Of a stretch of 64,000 bases of DNA, positions 23,451 to 34,315 are shown piece by piece. The stretch's first letter is position 1; the number at the start of each line of letters is the position of its first letter. Source of the stretch: Synechococcus sp. Its GTDB lineage: Bacteria > Cyanobacteriota > Cyanobacteriia > PCC-6307 > Cyanobiaceae. Where the stretch lies: contig JBJBDL010000003.1 in assembly GCA_047285305.1 (NCBI GenBank), forward strand, positions 768,001 to 832,000. Reading direction: 5' to 3'. Made by a program: the position numbers and the translations under genes. The notes under the pieces were generated by a model. That model was not told the origin of the DNA. It searched no databases and saw only the letters and a list, made by a program, of their open reading frames with translations.

Positions 23451-24080
23451 ATGGACGTGATGCCACGCTTTCGTACCGTGGCCTCTGCCGGCCTCGTTCT
23501 CGCAGCGACCTCTGCACCGTTGGCCCTGGCCCAGGGTTCCCTGTTCACGGCGGTGCCCGTGGAGTTGAGCAATTTCGTGTTGGTGTCAGCCCCGATCGGT
23601 CAGGGCGAGCGTTCGCAGTTGAACATCTACGAGCAGCGCACCACAAAACGCCCCTGCTTCGCTGTGGCCGCGGGATCACCGGCCATGGTCGATCCCTTGT
23701 TGTCCGCGTTTGATTTCACCGGGGTCTGCAACCGCTATATCGACGGCAACGGCTATTCCCTGCGGATCGGTGTTGACGACCTTGGCACCCGCTACAGGCT
23801 CAGCGTGGCGAACACAGGTCGGGATATTGAGTTGCTGGCCACGCCAACCAAGAATCCCTCCCAACCGACCATGCTTGTGGCCCGGGCCGGTGGTGCCGCC
23901 AGCGGCTTTGTTCAGCTCAAGCTTGAGCCGGGTTGGACCTTGAAGCGACGGGCCTATGGCAAGAAGAGCCTCGGCCATCTCTACGTTTATCGGGCTATTG
24001 CACCAGTGGCGGGTTCCAGCCAGAGCCCTGCACAGGCGGCGTCTGAACAGCCTGAGAGTTCCGTAGCTTCTTCTTACTGA
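23451..24080 (+). CDS. DUF3747-family exported protein
   Basis: Signal peptide, LNIYEQ..RPCF, FDFTGVCNRYIDGNGYSLR, LGHLY. Confidence 0.85.
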   Translation: MDVMPRFRTVASAGLVLAATSAPLALAQGSLFTAVPVELSNFVLVSAPIGQGERSQLNIYEQRTTKRPCFAVAAGSPAMVDPLLSAFDFTGVCNRYIDGNGYSLRIGVDDLGTRYRLSVANTGRDIELLATPTKNPSQPTMLVARAGGAASGFVQLKLEPGWTLKRRAYGKKSLGHLYVYRAIAPVAGSSQSPAQAASEQPESSVASSY

Positions 24081-24303
24081 GCTGGCGCAGAACCGGTGAA
24101 AACACCTGTTGTCATCCTCTGTCAGGGATTTCACACTGAAGACAGACCCCGGAGGACGTGATGAAAACAACGGTTGTTCAGTGGTTTCAGTGGTTCGGTG
24201 AAGCGATGACCCATGCCCTGGGTTCGTTCAACGACCGCCATCTCCAGCCCCCGCCGATCGGCACCCAGCCCTACCGGGACACACCGGACAAGCGTGCCCG
24301 CGA

Positions 24304-25074
<771 letters not shown>

Positions 25075-25129
25075 TATCAGCGGCGAAGCGGCGCGGCGAC
25101 AGCCAGACTGAGCACAGTTCAGCAGTGGC

Positions 25130-27106
25130 ATGACCCACCAGCTTCAGAACCTTCGCAATCAGGCCGCCAAGCTGCGTCGGCTTTCGCAGCCCTACTTCTT
25201 CCCCTACACCGAAGACAACGGCTGGCAGTTCCTTGGACTGCTGGTGAGCCTGCTCTTCTGTGTTGCCGGGATCGTGCTGTTCCTGGTCACCGGGTTGATG
25301 AACGGCCTGTCGTGGCTGTTGCCGGAACTGACCGGCCAGTACCTCGGGGGCGTCCAGTCTTCCCTGACCATGCTCTGGTCCCGTGGATGGGGTGCCGGAA
25401 TCAGTGCCCTGTTCGTTCTGGGGGCTGTGGTGTTCGCCTCCGTACGGGGCCAACTCAGGCATCGCCGCTGGCTGCCTTGGCTGTTTCTCGGCCTGATCAT
25501 CCTGATGCTGTTGAGCGTGAACGGCATCAATGCCGGCATCACATTCATCGCCAGAGATCTGACCAATGCGTTGATCTCCAAAGACGGCGATGCGTCGTAT
25601 CGCAACCTCTGGATCTATGGCGCCTGTTTTGCGGTGGCACTGCCGATTCGCAGCCTGCAGTTTTATTTCACCCAGAAACTAGGGCTGTTCTGGCGGGAAT
25701 GGTTGTCGCTGAGTCTGGTGGACGATTACCTGCGAGATCGGGCCTATTACGTGCTCAATCCAAATGATGAAGCGGCCACCAATGTTGATAACCCTGATCA
25801 ACGTATTTCTGAGGACGTGCGTGATTTCACGGCACAGGCCCTTGGTTTTGCGCTGAATATATTTGATTCGATCCTCACCTTTTCTCTCAACATCCTCATC
25901 CTTTATTCGGTAAGTGAGGGGCTCACCTTTGCACTTCTGGCCTATGCATCTGGGGTTTCTGTTCTGATGATTGTGGCTGGCCGCAAGTTGGTGCGGTTGA
26001 ACAACTTCCAGTTGCGTTTTGAAGCGGATTACCGTTATGGCCTCGTGCGCGTGCGAGACAATGCCGAATCAATTGCTTTCTACGCAGGAGAGCAGCAAGA
26101 AGCCAAGGAGGTGACGCGTCGCCTGGCCACCGTCGTTGAAAACTTCAATTTGCTAATTGTCTGGGAAGTGCTGCTGCGGGTGCTGCAGCGCTCAAGCATC
26201 TACGCCAGCAATTTCATCCCCTATCTGATCCTTGCGGCACCGATTCTCGCCGGGGAGATGGATTACGGCGGCTTCGCCCAGGCGAACGTCGCCTACAACC
26301 TGGTTGAGGGATCGTTGTTTTTCATCATCTACAACATCGAAGCCCTGGCCCGGTTCTCGGCATCGATCAACCGGCTTGAAGGATTTCAATCCAATATCTC
26401 CAACCTCGATCCGGAGGAGTGGAGTGATTACGTGCCGCGGATCTTGCCCTCTGAGCGCCTGGCGCTGCAGGGGGTGACGGTCAAAACACCCCGCACCGAA
26501 AACGTGCTGGTGCGCGACCTCAGTTTTTCCCTGGGCAACGCTGAGGGGCTGTTGGTGGTGGGACCCTCAGGCTGTGGCAAGACCTCACTGCTGCGGGTGG
26601 TGAGTGGTCTTTGGGGCTCGCCGACGGGCACCGTTTATTCCCCGGGGCAGGGCGATCTCCTTTTCATCCCCCAGAAGCCCTACATGGCACTGGGATCTCT
26701 GCGCGAACAGCTCTGTTATCCCCTCGATCAGGCCCGTTTTAGCGATGAACAGCTACGGGCTGTTTTGGATCAGGTGATGTTGGGCAAACTTCTGCAGCGC
26801 TATCCGGACCTCGACATCAAGCAGGACTGGCCGCGGCTGCTCTCTCTGGGTGAACAGCAGCGACTGGCCTTTGCGCGGCTGTTGCTCAATTCTCCCAAGG
26901 TCGTGGTGTTGGATGAAGCCACCAGTGCCCTGGATGTTGAGACCGAATCCCGCCTTTATTCCCTGTTGCGGGATCGGGAGGTGGCGTTCATCAGCGTGGG
27001 CCACCGGCCAACCCTGAAGGACTTCCATGACACTGTTCTGGAGCTCAGCGGTGATCACGACTGGCGGCTGATCCCGGCGACCAGCTATGACTTCGGGCGT
27101 TCTTGA
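25130..27106 (+). CDS. Fused ABC transporter permease/ATPase (YddA/ABCD-like)
   Basis: DNPDQRISED, NAESIAFY, GPSGCGKTS, LSLGEQQR, LDEATSALD. Confidence 0.93.
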   Translation: MTHQLQNLRNQAAKLRRLSQPYFFPYTEDNGWQFLGLLVSLLFCVAGIVLFLVTGLMNGLSWLLPELTGQYLGGVQSSLTMLWSRGWGAGISALFVLGAVVFASVRGQLRHRRWLPWLFLGLIILMLLSVNGINAGITFIARDLTNALISKDGDASYRNLWIYGACFAVALPIRSLQFYFTQKLGLFWREWLSLSLVDDYLRDRAYYVLNPNDEAATNVDNPDQRISEDVRDFTAQALGFALNIFDSILTFSLNILILYSVSEGLTFALLAYASGVSVLMIVAGRKLVRLNNFQLRFEADYRYGLVRVRDNAESIAFYAGEQQEAKEVTRRLATVVENFNLLIVWEVLLRVLQRSSIYASNFIPYLILAAPILAGEMDYGGFAQANVAYNLVEGSLFFIIYNIEALARFSASINRLEGFQSNISNLDPEEWSDYVPRILPSERLALQGVTVKTPRTENVLVRDLSFSLGNAEGLLVVGPSGCGKTSLLRVVSGLWGSPTGTVYSPGQGDLLFIPQKPYMALGSLREQLCYPLDQARFSDEQLRAVLDQVMLGKLLQRYPDLDIKQDWPRLLSLGEQQRLAFARLLLNSPKVVVLDEATSALDVETESRLYSLLRDREVAFISVGHRPTLKDFHDTVLELSGDHDWRLIPATSYDFGRS

Positions 27107-27115
27107 ACCGGCCGG

Positions 27116-27316
27116 ATGACCTCCACCAGTGAGACCCCTGACACCACGTCCGTTCCGGAGACGTCCGCCACCACCAACGACGTGCCTGCCTTCGGCTGGA
27201 GTGGCTATGCCGAGCGGGTGAATGGCCGCTTCGCCATGGTGGGTTTTTTGGCGGTGCTGCTGATCGAGGTGCTCAGCGGCGATACCTTTCTGCACTGGGC
27301 AGGGCTGCTGCCCTGA
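27116..27316 (+). CDS. hli: High-light-inducible protein (HLIP)
   Basis: AERVNGRFAMVGF chlorophyll-binding motif. Confidence 0.92.
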   Translation: MTSTSETPDTTSVPETSATTNDVPAFGWSGYAERVNGRFAMVGFLAVLLIEVLSGDTFLHWAGLLP

Positions 27317-27793
27317 TCAGGGCAGGCGGATTAGATCCACATCCCAGCGTCCGTTCCGGCTCACCTGCACTGCCAGTCGCCGGCCTGAGCCGTCAAGGCT
27401 GACGCTGCGGGGCACACCCGGCGGGTCCAGGGGCAGCCGTTGCGTCGCCCCGACGTTGCGCCGGTAGAGCACCAGTTCCGTGCGGTCCTCCCGTTGCTGG
27501 ACCACGGCCAGGCGTTGTCCATCGGCACTGACGCTGACGCTGATCGGTTGGGCATCAGCACGGTTGAGGCCCGGCAACGGGACGGGGCTTCGGGTGCGCA
27601 GGTCGATCAGTTCGACCCGCTCTCGCCCATTGCGTTGGCCCAGGCTGGCCAGCCAGCGTCCCCCGAGGGATGGATCCCGCCGGCTGTTCACGGATTGACG
27701 CAGCAGGCCGTTGAGGTCGGGCCGGGGAGTGGGCCTGGGGCTGCTGCACCCGGTCACCAACACCAGGCTGAAAAGCAGAGCGACGCGGATCAT
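27317..27793 (-). CDS. TolB-like beta-propeller lipoprotein
   Basis: Lipobox VTGC, PSL..RWLA, SVSADG, SLDGSG repeats. Confidence 0.7.
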   Translation of the reverse strand: MIRVALLFSLVLVTGCSSPRPTPRPDLNGLLRQSVNSRRDPSLGGRWLASLGQRNGRERVELIDLRTRSPVPLPGLNRADAQPISVSVSADGQRLAVVQQREDRTELVLYRRNVGATQRLPLDPPGVPRSVSLDGSGRRLAVQVSRNGRWDVDLIRLP

Positions 27794-28320
27794 GGCTCTG
27801 ACGACAGCGCCGGTGTGGAGAGGCTCTGTCCCGGAGGACGGTCCGGCTCGAGCAGATCACTCAGATCCAGCAGTTCCACGCGCCACCTCCCCTGATCCGT
27901 CACCTGCAGGGCGATCTGCTGGGCATCCGGCGCCAGGCTGAGCTGCACCGGGTCCCTCCCCCCCGGCAGCGGCAGGGGGTGCATGCGTCCGTTCAGGCGG
28001 TCGGTCACCACCGCGAGTCGGCGGCGCCCCCGCTGGGTGATTGCTGCCAGGTAACGGCCGTTCCAGCTCAGAGAGGGCGAGCTGTGGGGCTGATGTCGGC
28101 TCAGCTGGGGAACGGAGATAATCGATCCGTCGCTCAGGCGGCGCAGCTGCACCGTGGGTCGGCCGCCGCGATCGCTGACGACCGCCAGCCACTCACCACT
28201 GCCACTCAGGGCTGGGGCCTGCTGACTGGTGGCGAGCAAGCCACCACCGGCCCGCTCACTACGACCATTGCAGCCCACCAGCGCCAGGCTGGCGAGCAGG
28301 ATCAGCAGCGGACGAGGCAA
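27790..28320 (-). CDS. TolB-like beta-propeller lipoprotein
   Basis: Lipobox LVGC, PALSGSG, PSLSWNGRYLA. Confidence 0.7.
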   Translation of the reverse strand: MPRPLLILLASLALVGCNGRSERAGGGLLATSQQAPALSGSGEWLAVVSDRGGRPTVQLRRLSDGSIISVPQLSRHQPHSSPSLSWNGRYLAAITQRGRRRLAVVTDRLNGRMHPLPLPGGRDPVQLSLAPDAQQIALQVTDQGRWRVELLDLSDLLEPDRPPGQSLSTPALSSEP

Positions 28321-28325
28321 CTCGC

Positions 28326-29258
28326 TCAGTCGTCGAAGCGGGAACTGTTGTCCCGCGGTCTGCCGGACGAGGGCCGTGAGCTGCGGGGGGGTTGGCGGTT
28401 GCTGCTGGGTCGGTTCGAGGCAAGGGGCGGTTCGGCAGATCGCCTGGAGTCGCTCAAGGGATTAGGGCTGGCGCTGGGGCGTCCCCGGTTCGGGGCCGCA
28501 CTGCTCGGCGCTGAACTGCGGCTGGGGGCGAAGGCGGCATCCTCGGCTCCTGAAGGAGCGCGTTCGCCGGAAGGACGCTCAGGACGCCCCATGGGACGGG
28601 TGCCGCGGCGTTGTTCGTCTCGATCCGTCCGTCTGGAGCCAAAGTCGGGGCGTCGTTCATCCCTGGCTTCGCCGGCACGGAAACGAGCCATGCGGCGGGA
28701 GCGCTCGTCGTTTTGTTCCCAGCCGGAATCGCCTTGATCACGGTTTGCTGAGCGACGGCTGGCGGCTTCCTCAGGAATGGCGGCACGGCTGGCCCGGCGC
28801 GGCCTGTAGAACTCCTCTTCCGGCCTTTCTTCGGCGTCACCGTCACGGCCTGAAAAGCGCCGCCGCACCGGCTGGGGTTCATCAAACCGGTCGTAACCGC
28901 CGTCATCCCAGCCGCCCCGCAAGCCCCCTGGACCTCCGTCCCGGGCCGGTGCAGGTTCGTCATCGAAGTAGGCGGAGCGCCGTGCCTGCTCAGTGGCCAC
29001 GCCGCGCAGTCGCACACTTTCGTAGGCAAAGAACACGGTGGTTCCCGCCAACAGGAACTGGCCGAACTGAAGAATCGGGTCGAGGCGCCAACCCTGGAAG
29101 AACAAGATGCCGCCGCACAGCAGCCCGATGGCTGCAAAGAACACGTCGTAATCCCGTGCCAGGGCGGGCTTGAACGACCGCATGAAATAGAGCAGAGCTC
29201 CGCCGACGGCCAAAACGATGCCGACGATGCTGGCCCAATTGAGACTGGCGTTAACCAA
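28326..29258 (-). CDS. ycf66: Ycf66 family protein
   Basis: PALARDYDVFF, FFQGWRLDPILQFGQ, long R/P/S-rich tail. Confidence 0.92.
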   Translation of the reverse strand: MVNASLNWASIVGIVLAVGGALLYFMRSFKPALARDYDVFFAAIGLLCGGILFFQGWRLDPILQFGQFLLAGTTVFFAYESVRLRGVATEQARRSAYFDDEPAPARDGGPGGLRGGWDDGGYDRFDEPQPVRRRFSGRDGDAEERPEEEFYRPRRASRAAIPEEAASRRSANRDQGDSGWEQNDERSRRMARFRAGEARDERRPDFGSRRTDRDEQRRGTRPMGRPERPSGERAPSGAEDAAFAPSRSSAPSSAAPNRGRPSASPNPLSDSRRSAEPPLASNRPSSNRQPPRSSRPSSGRPRDNSSRFDD

Positions 29259-29307
29259 AGCTCTGCTCCCGCTTGGGAGTCAGTCTACGAGGGGCGCCAG
29301 GGGCGTA

Positions 29308-29430
29308 TCAGAGCTTGCGGTCGACCTGGTCGGTCTGGCTCAGCAGGAACAGGGCGATTGAGGCAGGAATCACGACGATCACACCTCCCCAAAGGAGGCT
29401 GCTCAGGAAGTTGGAGAGTGAGGGGGTCAT
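29308..29430 (-). CDS. psbX: Photosystem II reaction centre protein X (not in the ORF track)
   Basis: MTPSLSNFLSSLLWGGVIVVIPASIALFLLSQTDQVDRKL. Confidence 0.93.
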   Translation of the reverse strand: MTPSLSNFLSSLLWGGVIVVIPASIALFLLSQTDQVDRKL

Positions 29431-29519
29431 GGGGTTGCTGCCGTCTGCTTCAAAGCCGCGCTGATCTTAAGAAGTGATGCCGTCTTTCTACGATGAGGGG
29501 GCGATTTGCTTTGAGCTTT

Positions 29520-29840
29520 GTGACGCCGCTGCTGCTGCAGGCCCTGCCAGTCCTCCATTTGCTTCTGGGCTTGCTGCTGGCGGCCTGGACCCTGGCGTTC
29601 CTGCTGCGCATCGTGCTCACCTGGTACCCCCAGGTCGATCTGAGCCAGGGCGCCTGGCCCCTGGTGGCATGGCCAACGGAACCTGTGCTCTCGGTGAGCC
29701 GCCGCATGATCGCCCCGATCGGTGGAGTCGATGTCACTCCAGTGATCTGGGTGGGGTTGATCAGCCTCGTGCGTGAGTTGCTGGTCGGTCAGCAGGGGCT
29801 GCTCTCTCAGATCCTGATGCACGCCCAGGCAGTTGCCTGA
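29520..29840 (+). CDS. YggT family membrane protein
   Basis: RIVLTWYP, PTEPVL, IAPIGGVDVTPV. Confidence 0.9.
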   Translation: MTPLLLQALPVLHLLLGLLLAAWTLAFLLRIVLTWYPQVDLSQGAWPLVAWPTEPVLSVSRRMIAPIGGVDVTPVIWVGLISLVRELLVGQQGLLSQILMHAQAVA

Positions 29841-29842
29841 GC

Positions 29843-31189
29843 TCAGGGCAGCATCTCCTGCTCCACGAACTTGGTGTGCACGTCGCCGTTGATGAATTCC
29901 GGCCGATCCAGCATCTCCAGGTGGAATTCCACCGTTGTTGGGATCCCGGTGACGGCACATTCATTCAGGGCCCGCTTCATCCGGGTCATGGCATGGTCTC
30001 GGTCCTTGCCCCAAACGATCAGCTTGCCGATCAGGGAGTCGTAGAAGGGCGGGATGTCGTAGCCCGTGTAGACGTGGCTGTCGACGCGCACACCCGGGCC
30101 GCCTGGGGGCAGCCATCCCGTGATGCGTCCGGGGGCGGGACGGAAGTTGTGCCGGGCATCCTCGGCGTTGATGCGGCATTCGATCGCATGGCCGGTGAGC
30201 TGGATCTCCTCCTGCTGCACGCTGATGGGTTCGCCACCGGCGATGCGTAACTGTTCAGCGATCAGATCCACACCCGTGACCATCTCAGTCACCGGATGCT
30301 CCACCTGGATCCGGGTGTTCATTTCCATGAAGTAGAAGCCACCGCTGCGATCCAGCAGGAATTCCACCGTTCCGGCGCCCTCGTAATTGATGCTTCGGGC
30401 GGCAGCAACGGCGGCTTCGCCCATGCGGCGGCGTAGGTCCGGATCCAGGGCCGGGCTGGGGGCTTCTTCCAGCAGTTTCTGGTGACGGCGCTGGATCGAG
30501 CAGTCCCGTTCACCCAGGTGAACCACATTGCCGTGGCGGTCGGCCAGCACCTGCACTTCCACGTGGCGGGGCCGATCGATGAATTTCTCCATGTAGAGCC
30601 CGGGGTTGCCGAAGGCGGCTTCCGCCTCCCCCTGGGCTGCTTTGTACAGGCTCTCCAGCTGGCTGGCGTCCGGTACAAGGCGCATGCCCCGACCACCGCC
30701 GCCGGCGGTGGCCTTGATCATCACGGGATAGCCCATTTCCTCGGCCAGGGCGGCCGCCTGGCTGGTGCTGCTGAGCAGGCCCTCGCTACCGGGCACCGTG
30801 GGAACGCCCACCGATTGCATGGTCGATTTGGCGGTCGACTTGTCCCCCATCGAGCGAATCGCGTGGGGGGACGGCCCAACGAAGGTGAGGCCGTGATCAC
30901 GGCACATCTCGGCGAACTTGTCGTTCTCCGCTAAGAAGCCGTAGCCGGGATGGATGGCGTCAGCACCGCGGGAGGTGGCGGCCGCCAGGATGTTGGGAAT
31001 GTTGAGGTAGCTCTTGCTGCTCAGGGCTTCGCCCACGCAGACCGCTTCATCAGCGAGCTGCACGTGCAGAGCGTCTTTATCAACGGAGCTGTACACCGCC
31101 ACAGTGGCGATGCCGAGCTCGCGGCAGCTTCGAATGATCCGGAGGGCAATCTCGCCGCGGTTGGCGATCAGCACTTTGCCGATGGGCAT
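29843..31189 (-). CDS. accC: Acetyl-CoA carboxylase biotin carboxylase subunit
   Basis: [34 protein letters not shown]. Confidence 0.98.
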   Translation of the reverse strand: MPIGKVLIANRGEIALRIIRSCRELGIATVAVYSSVDKDALHVQLADEAVCVGEALSSKSYLNIPNILAAATSRGADAIHPGYGFLAENDKFAEMCRDHGLTFVGPSPHAIRSMGDKSTAKSTMQSVGVPTVPGSEGLLSSTSQAAALAEEMGYPVMIKATAGGGGRGMRLVPDASQLESLYKAAQGEAEAAFGNPGLYMEKFIDRPRHVEVQVLADRHGNVVHLGERDCSIQRRHQKLLEEAPSPALDPDLRRRMGEAAVAAARSINYEGAGTVEFLLDRSGGFYFMEMNTRIQVEHPVTEMVTGVDLIAEQLRIAGGEPISVQQEEIQLTGHAIECRINAEDARHNFRPAPGRITGWLPPGGPGVRVDSHVYTGYDIPPFYDSLIGKLIVWGKDRDHAMTRMKRALNECAVTGIPTTVEFHLEMLDRPEFINGDVHTKFVEQEMLP

Positions 31190-31308
31190 CCCGCAGCATG
31201 TTTAGGCCTGACGCCGGATCGTATCAGCGCCGACCGAAGTTGCCGAGAGCGAAGACCCCGCCCGGTATGATCTGGTCTCGGCAGCACCCGAGCGGTGAAG
31301 CCGACCAC

Positions 31309-31390
31309 GCGGATGTGGTGGAATTGGTAGACACGCACGTTTGAGGGGCGTGTGGCTTCGGCCTTGCGAGTTCAAGTCTCGCCATCCGCA
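31309..31390 (+). tRNA. tRNA-Leu(GAG)
   Basis: GCGGATG...CATCCGC-A acceptor, D-loop GGAATTGGTAGAC, anticodon loop TT-GAG-GG, long variable arm, GTTCAAGT T-loop. Confidence 0.96.
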
Positions 31391-32683
31391 TTTTTTTCTT
31401 TGGCCCGTCCCAGTGCTGCAGAACCAGGACCGGCCGTCGTTCTTGTCTCGAACGGTCCCGGTGAGCTGACCACCTGGGTTCGCCCCCTGGCGGAAGTGCT
31501 GCACGCCAGCCTTCGCCTGCGTCCCAGGTCTCGGAGCGCGCCAGCGTCGTTGCATCTTGTGTTGGTGCCCTGCCCCAATGCCACGGGCCAGGAGCGTGCG
31601 GCCGCGGAGCCTTGGGGATTGTTCGAGCGCATCGTTCCGGCAGGACGCTTCTGGTCGCTGCTGTTGCGTCCCCAGCGCTACGGCCCATGGCCGCAGAAGG
31701 GTGTGGTGGTGTTCCTAGGCGGTGATCAGTTCTGGACCGTTCTGCTCTCGGCTCGTCTCGGCTACCGCCACATCACCTATGCCGAGTGGGTGGCGCGTTG
31801 GCCGGGCTGGAACGATCGGATTGCGGCGATGTCGGACGCGGTGCGGCGCCAGCTGCCGGTCCATTACCAGCCCCGATGCCGCGTTGTTGGCGATCTGATG
31901 GCGGATCTGTCGGCCTTCGCTCGTCGCGAGGAGCCTCTCCCCGAGGGCCAGTGGGTTGCTCTGTTGCCGGGATCGAAGCCGGCCAAGTTGAGCGTCGGCA
32001 TGCCGTTTCTGCTCGACACCGCCGATCGTTTGGCCCGATTGCAACCCGGATGCCGTTTTTTGCTCCCGCTGGCTCCGACCACCAGCATTGATGAGCTGCT
32101 GCGTTTCGCCGGCGCATCCAACCCGATTGCTGCCCGCTACAGCGCCTCCGTTGCTTCGGTGGAGCAGGGGGAGTCGATGACGGAGTTGGTGACGGGTGCG
32201 GGCATACGGATTCGTCTGCTGGAGCAGCATCCGGCCCATGGCCCCCTGAGCCAGTGCGCTCTGGCCCTGACCACGGTCGGCGCCAATACGGCCGAACTTG
32301 GCGCCCTTGCGGTGCCGATGATTGTGATTGTTCCCACCCAGCACCTGGAGGTGATGCAGGCCTGGGACGGCGGGCTGGGGCTGCTGGCGCGTCTGCCGGG
32401 TCTGCGGCGTCTGATCGGGGTTCTGTTGACCCTCTGGCGTTTGCGTAACAACGGGTTGATGGCATGGCCCAACATCAGTGCAGGCCGTGCTGTGGTGCCG
32501 GAGCGGGTGGGGGCGATCACCCCGGAGGAGATTGCGAAGGAGGCCTGCGATTGGCTGAACGCCCCCGAGCGGCTTGAGGGCCAGCGCCAGGACCTCCAGG
32601 CCTTGCGGGGAGAACCAGGGGCGGTGGCCGCATTGGCCGCCGAGGTGAGGGGGTTGCTGCCCCAAGAGCTCAACCCTTCCTAG
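31391..32683 (+). CDS. Lipid-A-disaccharide synthase-like glycosyltransferase (start uncertain)
   Basis: [34 protein letters not shown]. The open frame extends back into the tRNA, so the start is unresolved. Confidence 0.8.
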   Translation, partial: FFSLARPSAAEPGPAVVLVSNGPGELTTWVRPLAEVLHASLRLRPRSRSAPASLHLVLVPCPNATGQERAAAEPWGLFERIVPAGRFWSLLLRPQRYGPWPQKGVVVFLGGDQFWTVLLSARLGYRHITYAEWVARWPGWNDRIAAMSDAVRRQLPVHYQPRCRVVGDLMADLSAFARREEPLPEGQWVALLPGSKPAKLSVGMPFLLDTADRLARLQPGCRFLLPLAPTTSIDELLRFAGASNPIAARYSASVASVEQGESMTELVTGAGIRIRLLEQHPAHGPLSQCALALTTVGANTAELGALAVPMIVIVPTQHLEVMQAWDGGLGLLARLPGLRRLIGVLLTLWRLRNNGLMAWPNISAGRAVVPERVGAITPEEIAKEACDWLNAPERLEGQRQDLQALRGEPGAVAALAAEVRGLLPQELNPS

Positions 32684-32712
32684 GCTGCGCCCCCACTCTG
32701 GTTCCGACGACC

Positions 32713-33114
32713 ATGCCCCCGTCCAATCCGGTCGAACGCAGCGCCGAGGAGTGGAAGCAATCCCTGACGCCAGAGCAGTTCCAGGTGGCCCGCTGCGGCG
32801 GCACGGAGCGGGCTTTCACCGGGGCTTACTGGAACAACAAGGCCACGGGGATGTATCACTGCGTCTGCTGTGGTGCGCCGCTGTTCAGCTCTGAGACCAA
32901 GTTCGATTCGGGCACGGGTTGGCCCAGCTTCTGGGACGGTGTGAGTGCCGAGGCGATCACCACCAAAGAAGATCTGACCCACGGGATGGTACGCACCGAA
33001 ATCAACTGCGCTCAATGTGATGCCCACCTCGGGCACGTCTTCCCCGATGGTCCCGCCCCCACGGGCCAGCGCTACTGCGTCAACAGCGCATCGTTGAACT
33101 TCAAGGGGTCCTGA
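32713..33114 (+). CDS. msrB: Peptide-methionine (R)-S-oxide reductase
   Basis: [31 protein letters not shown]. Confidence 0.97.
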   Translation: MPPSNPVERSAEEWKQSLTPEQFQVARCGGTERAFTGAYWNNKATGMYHCVCCGAPLFSSETKFDSGTGWPSFWDGVSAEAITTKEDLTHGMVRTEINCAQCDAHLGHVFPDGPAPTGQRYCVNSASLNFKGS

Positions 33115-33139
33115 GCACCGTTCAGCACCTCAGGCCCGA

Positions 33140-34249
33140 TCACCAGGGATCGTCGAGATCCTGGCTTCGGCGCTGGGGCGCTGCATCCTCCATCGGTTCC
33201 ACATCCAGGGGTTCGCCCGACTGCTGAACCGCGCGGCGGGAGGCTGGCATGGCACGCCGCGGAGGCTGTTCCTCGTAGGCGGGCTGTTCCTCATAAGCAG
33301 GCTGTTCCTCGTAGGCAGGCTGCTGATCGAAGGGTGCGGGCTCGTTGTAGGTCTGTGCTCGCTCAGCCGGCCGCTCGTCGTAGCGGGCAGGTTCGGCGTA
33401 GCGCTGCTCGTCGTACCTCTGGGGCTCATCGAGGTAACGGCGTTGCTGCATCGACTCCTGCCGCCGGTCCTCCAGCTCTACATATTCCAGTTCTGCATCA
33501 GCCTCAAACCGCTCGGCTTCTGAAGCCTGCAAGCGCCGTTGCTCCTGCTCCTGGGGTTGTCCGGAGGTGAGCTGATTTTCCACGGGCACCAGGTTGACCC
33601 GGTAGCGCTCCCGCTCCTGCTCCTCCCAGCTGGGGCCACCAACTCCCAGTTTTTCAAGAACGCCGCTGTTCAGCTGTTTGAGCTTGTCTTCGGCACCCTC
33701 ATAAACAATGATCCGGTCCGGGCCGCTGCTGACGATCTCCTCCACCGGCATTTCCCAGGTGCTCAGCACCCCTTCCCCCAGCAGGGGCACGCCAAGGGCG
33801 CCCATCACCAGGGTGGTGAGCTCGCCGGTTTCGATGTCGAAGGCGAAGCCGAGCACCCGCCCCAGCTGTTCGCCGGACTCGGTGATCACCTGGCAGTTGA
33901 TCACCCGGCTGTAGCGCTCAGGGTTGAAGTTTTCGCTCAGGGAGTCGGCCGAATCCACCAGGATCACGTCGCCCACCTGACGGATCCGGTCCAGTGGCAT
34001 CCAGCGCGGCAGGCCGGGCAGGAAACGGGTTAGGGGGTTGTCCCGCAGCCCCACAGCCACCACTTCACGGCGGTCGATATCGACGATCACTTCACCCACC
34101 ACCCCAAGACGGCGGCCGGTGTCACGGGTGATCACCTGGGTGCCCATCAGTTCGGAGCGCAACCAGAGGCGATCGCTGGGTACGCCAGTGGTGATGGCGT
34201 CGTTTGGGGTAGGGGTCGGGGTCAAGCGCGGGCCCTCGGCCATGGACAT
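33140..34249 (-). CDS. PRC-barrel domain protein
   Basis: Two PRC barrels (VITRDTGRRLGVV; VITESGEQLGRV) and an acidic tail. Confidence 0.88.
   Translation of the reverse strand: MSMAEGPRLTPTPTPNDAITTGVPSDRLWLRSELMGTQVITRDTGRRLGVVGEVIVDIDRREVVAVGLRDNPLTRFLPGLPRWMPLDRIRQVGDVILVDSADSLSENFNPERYSRVINCQVITESGEQLGRVLGFAFDIETGELTTLVMGALGVPLLGEGVLSTWEMPVEEIVSSGPDRIIVYEGAEDKLKQLNSGVLEKLGVGGPSWEEQERERYRVNLVPVENQLTSGQPQEQEQRRLQASEAERFEADAELEYVELEDRRQESMQQRRYLDEPQRYDEQRYAEPARYDERPAERAQTYNEPAPFDQQPAYEEQPAYEEQPAYEEQPPRRAMPASRRAVQQSGEPLDVEPMEDAAPQRRSQDLDDPW
33264..33325 (-). repeat. In-frame 18-bp tandem repeat encoding QPAYEE x3
   Basis: GGCTGTTCCTC(G/A)TA(G/A)GC units on +. Confidence 0.8.
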
Positions 34250-34315
34250 TCAGACCATTGTGGCGCAGGGGTTCCGCCTGTCACGTTCAGATTGCACAGC
34301 GAAAACTCCGATCGT

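Noticed and set aside
24081..24300. Short similar words (GAAAACA..GTTGT, CAGTGGTT twice) between the DUF3747 gene and the comM remnant
   Set aside because: Too short and irregular to support a repeat or RNA call.
31352..31390. Glycosyltransferase ORF apparently starting inside tRNA-Leu
   Set aside because: The tRNA is canonical, so the overlap most likely reflects an open frame with the true start further downstream. Not treated as a dual-function locus.
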